The notes under the pieces were generated by a model, which worked only from the letters and a program-made list of their open reading frames with translations, was not told the DNA's origin and did not search any database. The translations under genes and the position numbers were made by a program. Positions 10,068 to 17,416 of a stretch of DNA of 50,178 bases are shown piece after piece (within the stretch, counting starts at the first letter, position 1; every line of letters starts with the position of its first letter). Source of the stretch: Candidatus Saccharibacteria bacterium UBA2112 (GTDB lineage: Bacteria; Patescibacteriota; Saccharimonadia; Saccharimonadales; Saccharimonadaceae); assembly GCA_002331045.1 (NCBI GenBank), contig DCYK01000013.1:1-50178 (forward strand). The letters run 5' to 3'.

Positions 10068-10277
10068 CTAGTTGTTTTTATCCCAGGGTCGTCCTGGCTT
10101 TGGTCTTTCTTGCAGTTCTTTATTGACTAACGATTTAAGTTCCTTATCTCCGGTATTTGCAAGTAGTTGCAAGACAAGCTCACTAAGCGTAAGCCCGTGT
10201 TTTTTCGCAACGACCTTTGCACGCTTCCGCACGTCGTCCGTAACTCGAATTTGCATACTGACAATCTTTCTGGACAT
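10068..10277 (-). CDS. Ribbon-helix-helix (CopG/Arc/MetJ-type) DNA-binding protein
   Basis: 69 aa. The layout is beta-strand IVSMQIRVTDDV, helix RKRAKVVAKKHG, then LTLSELVLQLLAN. It is the first gene of the minus-strand integrase operon. Confidence 0.7.
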   Translation of the reverse strand: MSRKIVSMQIRVTDDVRKRAKVVAKKHGLTLSELVLQLLANTGDKELKSLVNKELQERPKPGRPWDKNN

Positions 10278-10517
10278 TTGCCCTATTTTAACATGTATTG
10301 CTATTTAACCCAGATATCACTAGCCGAATTGTTAACGTTCAACCTTTATATAAATAGTATTACTAATTAAAATAAAAAGCAATACTAGTTATACTTTTTT
10401 ACATCAAAAATATACCGAATATCGAGATACGGCATCTATACTCTTATTTACCTCTGTTATTTATTGCTATTTTTCTCTCTTTCTAATATATAAATATATA
10501 GAAAAGAAGTAGAGAGA

Positions 10518-11384
10518 GTGGAGTACACGAGTAAATCTATGGCAGATAAACGTTCAGCATTAAAACAAGGTCAGATAGATATATTGGAATTACTGTATAA
10601 ATACAGGTTTGGTAGTCGTCAGTTATTAGCAGACAGCTTGGGTATTAAAGCGGGTTCAAGTCTCTATGAAAAACTAGAAGTATTGGTAAAGCATAATTTG
10701 ATAGGCAAACGTCAGGAAAAACATTTGAAGCTTCTCGGCGTACCGGCTGCTTATTACCTGACACCAAAAGGCCTACGAACACTCCAGGCTCTGCCTGACC
10801 ATGAATACATTACCGACAGTGTCATCAAGGTTGGCTACAAAGACAAATCCGTCAGCCAAGTCTTCGTTTCGCATACCTTAAAAGTCTACCGGCTTACTAA
10901 CGCCCTGAAACGCCACTACCCGGATTTGAAGGTATACCTACGCCGTGACATGAGCCACTATAGCTATTTCCCAAGCAACCCGCCGGACGCTTTTCTGTCT
11001 CTCATGATCAGCGACACTCCCAAACGCTTCTTCCTCGATGTCATTCCCGACAGTCTGCCGCGCAACGTTCTTGATCGGCAGATTACCAACTACGGGCAGT
11101 TCTTTGAAGATGGCGGTTGGGAGGTTACGAATAGCGAACTTCCAGCCCTCCTCCTCATTGCGGATAAGGGTACGACCGAGACCCGCACCAAACGTGCCGT
11201 CCGTGCGGCTCTTGGTCGTCTTGAAATGGACGATGAATTGAGCGCATATATCACCACATTCACGGCACTTGAGAATGGTGATGAGAGCGGCAAGATTTGG
11301 ACGAGCATTGGCGAGCCTGATGAACTATTGTCCCTTCCCGAACTTTCCTGTTTGAGCCTTTTATCGTCATGCTCGGGACGTTAG
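10518..11384 (+). CDS. Replication-relaxation family-like winged-helix protein (candidate relaxase/replication initiator)
   Basis: 288 aa. The N-terminal pattern QIDILELLYKYRFGSRQLLADSL...KLEVLVKHNLIGK...YYLTPKGLRTL resembles PF13814-type proteins (from memory). The start is uncertain: GTG at 10518 or ATG at 10539. Confidence 0.5.
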   Translation: MEYTSKSMADKRSALKQGQIDILELLYKYRFGSRQLLADSLGIKAGSSLYEKLEVLVKHNLIGKRQEKHLKLLGVPAAYYLTPKGLRTLQALPDHEYITDSVIKVGYKDKSVSQVFVSHTLKVYRLTNALKRHYPDLKVYLRRDMSHYSYFPSNPPDAFLSLMISDTPKRFFLDVIPDSLPRNVLDRQITNYGQFFEDGGWEVTNSELPALLLIADKGTTETRTKRAVRAALGRLEMDDELSAYITTFTALENGDESGKIWTSIGEPDELLSLPELSCLSLLSSCSGR

Positions 11385-11386
11385 GA

Positions 11387-11701
11387 CTAATACTCCTCAG
11401 CCAGCATCACCGTCAGCACACGACGGCACCCACTATCAAGCGGATCGCACCAGTACTTGAGCTCCTGGTCGTAGTAATCGATTTTCCAGAATATCTTTTT
11501 GCCTTCGAACCGAAGCGAACCGAAATCATGCTCGCCATGCGGATCATTGTCTTCGTTGAATCGGTTGTAACTTTCAACCGCCCGTGACAAGCCGACAAGG
11601 TCCATGATCCCATCCCGCACGCCAGCCGTGTAGAACACGTCGATGCACATGCCTCGGAACCTGACGTTTAATTTTGCTATATCCAAAACCAGAGTTTCCA
11701 T
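11387..11701 (-). CDS. DUF3768 family protein (typical of conjugative plasmids/ICEs)
   Basis: The hallmark block is NEDNDPHGEHDFGS...FWKIDYYD...RVLTVMLAEEY. Start is taken at the ATG at 11701, preceded by AAGGAGG, rather than the upstream ORF-track start at 11776. Confidence 0.75.
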   Translation of the reverse strand: METLVLDIAKLNVRFRGMCIDVFYTAGVRDGIMDLVGLSRAVESYNRFNEDNDPHGEHDFGSLRFEGKKIFWKIDYYDQELKYWCDPLDSGCRRVLTVMLAEEY

Positions 11702-11862
11702 AAACCCTCCTTTTCTTATGAGCCGGTATCCTCCCGCTCTGTCCAGAGGGCATAGGGTAGCGGCTGAATGCGTCAAGGTGGAGACTTGTACTACCTTGAT
11801 GTGTTCAGTTCTACCCGTACAATGAGAAGACAGAGGGAGGAATACCCGTTATAATCAGCAGC

Positions 11863-11905
11863 GAAGACTCGCGTTTCTTACGAGAAAGCACGAGTCTTCT
11901 TTTTG
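11863..11905 (+). terminator. Plus-oriented intrinsic-terminator-like hairpin with no obvious plus-strand gene
   Basis: GAAGACTCG (11863-11871) pairs with CGAGTCTTC (11891-11899). There is an inner TTTCT/AGAAA stem. A T5 run follows at 11900-11904. Confidence 0.35.
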
Positions 11906-11960
11906 CAAGAAGACATGTTCATTTGATGAATAGATACACATTGAGATCTATCTATGGTAT

Positions 11961-12476
11961 TTATCGACTTTTCGTCTGGTATAGAAAGTACAGTGGCACG
12001 CTGATGAGAGGAATCATCAGGAATAATCCGGGCACTATAAGGGGCAGGAGGATATGGTTAGGTTCGTAATCACCGGTTAGCAGGATTCGCGTAGTTGCCA
12101 CACCGATATATCCCACGGATGCGAGCATCGCGATATGGCATATTGCAAATAGCCAATCAGCCGACAAATTCGGTCGCTTAGATGTTTTGATGTAAAACAA
12201 ATATAAATAGAGGACTGCTCTAACGATAAATACCGCGCCGAAAAGAATTAATGGCAAGAAGACGGCCTTGCTAACTTCGACAATGGCCGAGCTATATAAC
12301 CACATAAAATAATTGAGACTCAGAATAAGAAACGTGTGTGTGACCTCCCAAGTTGCATGGAGATATTCCCCTCCCTTATCCATTGGTTTGCCAATACGTC
12401 GAAATGCGATATAAAGCTCATATAAGAACATTGGTAGATACGCAATGATGGGTATAAGAACGAACCAGATAGCCAC
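11961..12476 (-). CDS. Small polytopic membrane protein coupled to cydA (non-canonical, about half-length subunit II candidate)
   Basis: 171 aa with about 5 hydrophobic helices. The GTG start overlaps the cydA stop (TAGTG). The HATWEVTHTFLI block is faintly reminiscent of the CydB W-x-x-N-E-x-W-L motif. Confidence 0.5.
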   Translation of the reverse strand: MAIWFVLIPIIAYLPMFLYELYIAFRRIGKPMDKGGEYLHATWEVTHTFLILSLNYFMWLYSSAIVEVSKAVFLPLILFGAVFIVRAVLYLYLFYIKTSKRPNLSADWLFAICHIAMLASVGYIGVATTRILLTGDYEPNHILLPLIVPGLFLMIPLISVPLYFLYQTKSR

Positions 12477-13819
12477 TACTTTAATTCCTTAATGGGGCGT
12501 ATCCTGCCTTCACGCTTAAATAATAACCAAAGAGCAGTAGCCGTAGTTATAAATAGCAATACAAATAATACAGGGAATACGTAGCCCCAGTTACCAATTG
12601 CACTTTCGGCAATATATGCTTGAGCGGTTCGTAAATAGCCATTTACTACAAAAGGTTGCCGACCAAATTCGGCAACCATCCATCCAAGCTCTACGGTGAT
12701 AATAGCTAACGGGCCAAGCGGTAGTAGCGCCCACAAAAATAGACGCGAATATCTGAATGACCGAGTTCTTTCTTTAAGCCTTTTGAAATGCAAGGCAACA
12801 AACAAAATCGTTACACTGGAGAAAATAGAGACAATTAGTAACTTGGCTTCAAAAAGTACATTGATAAACATCATTGGCCATGTATCTTTAGAAAACTCAT
12901 TCAAGCCTTTCACTTCTGCATCAAAACTATTTCCGGCGAGAAAACTGAGCATTCCGGGAATCTTTATACCGCCCTCAACCTTGCCGTCTTCCGTCCAGTG
13001 ACCACCGATTATATACGGAGCATTCGTCTGCGTCTTTTCATTCATCTCTAGTGCCGCAAACTTTCGAGGTTGTGATTCAGCAAGATATTGGGTCTGGAAA
13101 TGACCAAGGGTTGCCGTAACGACAATAAAGAATACTGCCGTAGCGGAGAGCCGGAACATAATCTGCTCCACAGCAACCTTATCCTTGCCCACGGGCTTGT
13201 ATTTAAGCCTATAGAACGCATAAACTCCAAGCACGCACAGCATTGTCGCCAAATAGTATCCGGCGACCGAGTGGGCAATCATATAAAACGCGGTTTTCGT
13301 CATAAGTGCAGCTATCGGGTTGTCTGTAGTCGCAACACCGTTAATAACTTCAAAGCCGCTTGGATTTTGCATCCAGGCATTGCCGAGAGTTATTGCAAAC
13401 GCTGAACCAAGAGAACCAATAGCAACAGGAACGCCTATCCACCAGTGACGCCATCCTTTTAATTTTTTCCATGTAGTTACATAGAACGCCAGAAACACTG
13501 CCTCCAACATGAATGCATAGCCTTCCCATCCAAACGCAAGGCCAAGAATTCTACCGCCAAATTCAACGAGACCACCCCACATAAGTGACATTTGTATCGA
13601 GATAATCGTACCTGACGCAACACCCGCAACCACCAGTATCACGGCTGCATAAGATAGTCTACGTGCATGCTCTAGAATCACAGGATCGTTACGTCTTAGT
13701 CCGAGATGCTCAATTAACAATATGACGAGAGGAAGCCCCACTCCTAGTAGCGCAAATATAATATGAAAACCAAGGCTATCAGCCATGAGTGCGCGTGCAG
13801 CATTGACATCCAGAAGCAT
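12476..13819 (-). CDS. cydA: Cytochrome bd-type quinol oxidase subunit I (CydA-like, short form)
   Basis: 447 aa. The N-terminus ARALMADSLGFHIIFALLGVGLP contains the conserved His in helix 1. It is polytopic, with the GRQPF block near the C-terminus (EFGRQPFVV). Confidence 0.85.
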   Translation of the reverse strand: MLLDVNAARALMADSLGFHIIFALLGVGLPLVILLIEHLGLRRNDPVILEHARRLSYAAVILVVAGVASGTIISIQMSLMWGGLVEFGGRILGLAFGWEGYAFMLEAVFLAFYVTTWKKLKGWRHWWIGVPVAIGSLGSAFAITLGNAWMQNPSGFEVINGVATTDNPIAALMTKTAFYMIAHSVAGYYLATMLCVLGVYAFYRLKYKPVGKDKVAVEQIMFRLSATAVFFIVVTATLGHFQTQYLAESQPRKFAALEMNEKTQTNAPYIIGGHWTEDGKVEGGIKIPGMLSFLAGNSFDAEVKGLNEFSKDTWPMMFINVLFEAKLLIVSIFSSVTILFVALHFKRLKERTRSFRYSRLFLWALLPLGPLAIITVELGWMVAEFGRQPFVVNGYLRTAQAYIAESAIGNWGYVFPVLFVLLFITTATALWLLFKREGRIRPIKELK

Positions 13820-13859
13820 AATTAAACCCCGTTAGACCTTTCGAGTTTCATGATTCGTC

Positions 13860-14750
13860 TTAATGAGACTCATGGCTATCTTTTTTAGTAGCATCCTCAA
13901 ACTCTATTTCAATCGTAGGGTGTTGTATGTCATGAATGGACTTGACCTTTTCCTTCACTTCCTCGACGATCTTCCTACTGTCGTGAATGTGCTTTTTATC
14001 AATGACCACGTGGCAGCTCAGCGCACGGTAGCCGGAACGAATTGTCCACACATGTAGGTCATCAACCTGTTCAATTAACCTGTGTGCCAAAATCGTTTTC
14101 TTTACATCCGTTAAATCAATGTCGCCGGGAGTACCTTCAAGTAAGATATGTACGGCTTCCTTGATTATCTTCACCGTGTTATAGAGCAACATTGCCGCGA
14201 TGAGTAACCCAACAATACTATCTATACCGTTAATGCCAGTCAGAAGTATCGCGATGCCCGCTACAACCGCGCCAAACGACGAGAGCGCATCAAATAGCAT
14301 ATCGACGAATGCGCTGCGCATGTTCAAGTCTTTACTATGCTTGGAAAGAATGTACGCGATAGAGCCGTTTACTAATATACCGACAAATGCTACCAACGCT
14401 ACGATGCCGCCCTCGACAGGCTGTGGATGCTGTAATCGCTGAATCGCCTCATACACAATAAAACTGGCAACGCCTACCATAATGAACGCATTCAGCAAGG
14501 CGGCCAAAATGGTAACCCGTCCATAGCCGTATGTGCGTGTGGTATCCGCTTTGCGTCGAGCTAACTTATTCGCGGTAAATGAAACTGCGAGCGTCAAGGT
14601 ATCGGTAAGGTTATGTGTCGCATCTGCGATAAGTGCAAGGCTTCCCGTCACGATACCAAAGCAAAACTCGATAACAGTATAAATACTGTTAAGTACAAGT
14701 CCAAATTTTATACTTCTTCCGCTATCTTCCGTGTCGTGCGAATGTGCCAT
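13860..14750 (-). CDS. czcD: Cation diffusion facilitator (CzcD/ZitB-like) metal efflux transporter
   Basis: 296 aa. A His-rich N-terminus (AHSHD) precedes the TM2 motif SLALIADATHNLTD. A C-terminal cytoplasmic domain is present (HDLHVW...). Confidence 0.9.
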   Translation of the reverse strand: MAHSHDTEDSGRSIKFGLVLNSIYTVIEFCFGIVTGSLALIADATHNLTDTLTLAVSFTANKLARRKADTTRTYGYGRVTILAALLNAFIMVGVASFIVYEAIQRLQHPQPVEGGIVALVAFVGILVNGSIAYILSKHSKDLNMRSAFVDMLFDALSSFGAVVAGIAILLTGINGIDSIVGLLIAAMLLYNTVKIIKEAVHILLEGTPGDIDLTDVKKTILAHRLIEQVDDLHVWTIRSGYRALSCHVVIDKKHIHDSRKIVEEVKEKVKSIHDIQHPTIEIEFEDATKKDSHESH

Positions 14751-14771
14751 GACCTTATTGTACTCCTCGTA

Positions 14772-15446
14772 TTACATGCTCGCGCCATACCATTGCATTT
14801 GCCATGTGTGCAATTGCTTCATTCCTTCCTTATTGAAATCAACTATCTCCTTGGTAAGCCGTTTTAATTTATCTTGGTCGGCATTTTTTTGACCGGAAGC
14901 CGCCATATTTACCATGTCTTCAAAATTAAATATCATGAGCCGAAGAAACTCTTTATCAAATTCGTCACCGGTGAGTTTTTTGAGCTTAGCTTCGGAATTA
15001 AACTTTCCCTCAACCGAACTATTCTCATGGTCTACGTCTCTCCTGTCATGATCCGCTTCAACTGCTGACCCGAGGTCCTTTTTCAGATCCACCAAGCTAT
15101 TAAGCTGTATGTTCAATTCAGGGTTTATTTTGTTAAGAAAGTCTTTCAGCTCTTGGTGCTTTGCTGATGCCGAAGCAAGAGTCAACATATTTACCGCATT
15201 TTCATAATGGGCTATGGCGTTCGGAACAAACTTTTTATCGTAATCCTTGCCTTGCAAAGATGAATAGGTAAGGTATAGCGTTGAGTTTTTGTTGATGTCC
15301 GTGGGCATGCTCAGGTGCTCTCTAACTTGACCGGTATTGTCCTTTGATGATGGTTGCATAAAATAATATGCGATCACCCCAATTGCGATAACAGTGACTC
15401 CTATCAGTACTGAAAATACCAAAATATACATTTTTTTATCAGACAT
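14772..15446 (-). CDS. Membrane-anchored DUF305-like four-helix protein (degenerate, His pairs lost)
   Basis: 224 aa with an N-terminal TM helix. Two repeats, DYDKKFVPNAIAHYENAVNM and DEFDKEFLRLMIFNFEDMVNMA, resemble the DUF305 D-x-x-F-x3-MI-x-HH-x-x-A-x-x-MA repeat. Confidence 0.45.
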   Translation of the reverse strand: MSDKKMYILVFSVLIGVTVIAIGVIAYYFMQPSSKDNTGQVREHLSMPTDINKNSTLYLTYSSLQGKDYDKKFVPNAIAHYENAVNMLTLASASAKHQELKDFLNKINPELNIQLNSLVDLKKDLGSAVEADHDRRDVDHENSSVEGKFNSEAKLKKLTGDEFDKEFLRLMIFNFEDMVNMAASGQKNADQDKLKRLTKEIVDFNKEGMKQLHTWQMQWYGASM

Positions 15447-15465
15447 ACATTCTCCAATCTATACG

Positions 15466-15744
15466 TTACGCGTCTTGCGGCTTCTGCATATACTTGCGAT
15501 CACGATACATGATCACGCCAAGCACCACGACATAAAGGCTGACAGCCACTACATTGGAAATGATAAAATTCTGCCATCCTATATCAATGCCGGGGAGTAA
15601 CTTGTTGAAGTTCAAGATACGAAACAAATTCCCTTCGTTATAATCGCTCGTTAACATCAAGTAATAGGCCACCATTAGATGTGACGCCCCGAAAGTTATT
15701 ACCGTCAATCCATATGCTTTTATCAAGTTTTTCATCTTAAACAT
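15466..15744 (-). CDS. Small membrane protein (92 aa, 2-3 TM), unknown function
   Basis: Hydrophobic ORF in an operon position between the DsbA-like and DUF305-like genes. No recognisable motif. Confidence 0.45.
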   Translation of the reverse strand: MFKMKNLIKAYGLTVITFGASHLMVAYYLMLTSDYNEGNLFRILNFNKLLPGIDIGWQNFIISNVVAVSLYVVVLGVIMYRDRKYMQKPQDA

Positions 15745-15779
15745 TATCGTAGTGTACCTAGTCTGCCTTTGCTTTCAGG

Positions 15780-16418
15780 TTAATTCTCCACTCCTGCGTC
15801 TCGCAGTGCGTTATCCAAAAGTTTTTCAAACGCTTCTACTTGGTTGCCGGGGTTATCAATTTTCTTACCGTTCAGCACGAATGTCGGCGTACCGGTTCCG
15901 CCAAGTCGATTCACTTCTTTCAAATCAGCGGTTATGACTGCGTTCGTCATTGGGTCTTCAAGGTCTTTTTTGAACTGTGTCATGTCCAGGCCGATTTCTT
16001 TCGCATAATTCTCGAAGTATTCGTTTGGTCGCTGTGACCTTTCCCATATTTTCTGCCCTTCAAAAATCTTGTCGTGCATTTCCCAGAACTTGCCTTGCAT
16101 AGCGGCGGCTTGAGCATGAGCCGCAGCCATTTTTGCGAATTGATGGCCGCTCGTGATCGGGAAGTTGCGAACACGAAACTTTACTCTGTCCTTATACTTT
16201 TCTTTGATTTCCTTCACTGTCGGATAGAACGCATAACAGGCCTCGCACTGGAAATCGACGAACTCCGTCAGCTCAACTTTACTGTCAAGCTTTCCATAAT
16301 AGTTGCTAGAGCCGTTACTTTTTGGCTCGCTGGCGTTATTCTTTGAGGCGAATACCATACCGGCAAATCCGACAACTATAACCGCTAAAATTATCAATAA
16401 TCTTTTACTCATGCTCAC
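15780..16418 (-). CDS. DsbA-family thiol:disulfide oxidoreductase (membrane-anchored/secreted)
   Basis: 212 aa with an N-terminal signal/anchor. The thioredoxin-fold CxxC motif is FVDFQCEACYAF. GTPTFVLNG occurs near the C-terminus. Confidence 0.85.
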   Translation of the reverse strand: MSMSKRLLIILAVIVVGFAGMVFASKNNASEPKSNGSSNYYGKLDSKVELTEFVDFQCEACYAFYPTVKEIKEKYKDRVKFRVRNFPITSGHQFAKMAAAHAQAAAMQGKFWEMHDKIFEGQKIWERSQRPNEYFENYAKEIGLDMTQFKKDLEDPMTNAVITADLKEVNRLGGTGTPTFVLNGKKIDNPGNQVEAFEKLLDNALRDAGVEN

Positions 16419-16463
16419 TCCTTAGATTTTGGATTAGAAATACTCAAACAGAAGTATCGAATC

Positions 16464-16802
16464 TCAAAATCTGAGTTGCGTGGAAAGTAGTCTTCGTTTT
16501 TGGAGATAAAATATACTTAATAAAGCAGTTATCGGGGCCAGGTAGAGTAGCGTTAAGTTCAGTTCCCTCAGGTTAAGATTAAAAGGAGGGGGAGCCGGTT
16601 CCTTTTCATCATTTTCACCATCCTTAATATTGATGCTGCCAGGCAGTTGCGATCCGTGCGAGCTACACATTGCACTACAGTCAGATCTCTCAACAACCGT
16701 TGACGAACTATGGGATGAGAGACCAAGAAGCGCACATCCGGCAATCAAAAATACCGATACGAATAGCAACCCTACTCTTAGCCTCTTTAGCATTGAATCC
16801 AT
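16464..16802 (-). CDS. Putative lipoprotein/membrane protein with Cys pair and P-x-PP-x-FNL motif (paralogue 1)
   Basis: Start is taken at MDSMLKRLRVGLLFVSVFLIAGC, which has a lipobox-like LIAGC. It shares NIK-D-x-E-x-D-x-P-x-PP-x-FNL with the divergent neighbour. Confidence 0.5.
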   Translation of the reverse strand: MDSMLKRLRVGLLFVSVFLIAGCALLGLSSHSSSTVVERSDCSAMCSSHGSQLPGSINIKDGENDEKEPAPPPFNLNLRELNLTLLYLAPITALLSIFYLQKRRLLSTQLRF

Positions 16803-16842
16803 TATACAGCACATTGCCCGAGTGCTAACATGGTAAAATAAA

Positions 16843-17214
16843 ATGTACATGCTTAGTGCATTCAAAGCCATCGCGTATATCGTTCTTTCCGTTATCACGG
16901 TTAATATTGTTCATAGTGGTATGACGACAGCCGCCGACTTCGGTCATCTCGATAACTATGCCTCCGTCCAGAACGCACAGAGCAATAGCGAATGTAAACC
17001 TGTTTGTTATGGTTCTCCTGTGGCAAATAGGAGCAAGGTCGCAAATATAAAGAAAGATGAACGTGATCCTATCCCGCCAAGTTTTAATTTGAGCGACCAC
17101 CAGTTTATCGAGCAATCGGATAATCTTCTTACCGACAAACAGATATGGAAGCTTGCAAGTTGGGTGCCACCAGACCGACTCTTGCAGTCCAGTGCCTACA
17201 CAACAAGTCACTAA
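16843..17214 (+). CDS. Membrane-anchored protein with Cys pair and P-x-PP-x-FNL motif (paralogue 2)
   Basis: 123 aa with an N-terminal TM helix. ECKPVCYG...ANIKKDERDPIPPSFNL is shared with 16464-16802, which favours this strand over the antisense ORF 16825-17211. Confidence 0.5.
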   Translation: MYMLSAFKAIAYIVLSVITVNIVHSGMTTAADFGHLDNYASVQNAQSNSECKPVCYGSPVANRSKVANIKKDERDPIPPSFNLSDHQFIEQSDNLLTDKQIWKLASWVPPDRLLQSSAYTTSH

Positions 17215-17255
17215 TCTTTATTTAACACCTCAAACAAGTGTTAATCGGAGATTAT

Positions 17256-17405
17256 ATGAAAGTAAGTACAATATTTAAAGTTTTCCTGGCAGTCGCAGCA
17301 ATCATTGTCGGCATTTGGTTTTTTTTAACCGAAATCCAGTTTCAGCAAATGAAAAGTAACGCTCAAAAAGCATCTGCGGTCAGATCAAGTTCGGAAATGG
17401 CATAG
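17256..17405 (+). CDS. Possible small membrane protein (49 aa), not in the ORF track
   Basis: The ATG at 17256 is preceded by GGAG. The translation MKVSTIFKVFLAVAAIIVGIWFFL... contains one TM helix. Stop TAG is at 17403-17405. Confidence 0.3.
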   Translation: MKVSTIFKVFLAVAAIIVGIWFFLTEIQFQQMKSNAQKASAVRSSSEMA

Positions 17406-17416
17406 GAATTCGCGTT

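Noticed and set aside
11702-11776. The ORF-track start at 11776 would add a 25-aa N-terminal extension to the DUF3768 ORF.
   Set aside because: The internal ATG at 11701 has a perfect AAGGAGG SD, and DUF3768 proteins are ~100 aa.
16825-17211. A 128-aa minus-strand ORF lies antisense to 16843-17214.
   Set aside because: The plus-strand product shares a specific motif with the neighbouring paralogue. The minus-strand product is Cys/Arg-rich with no features.
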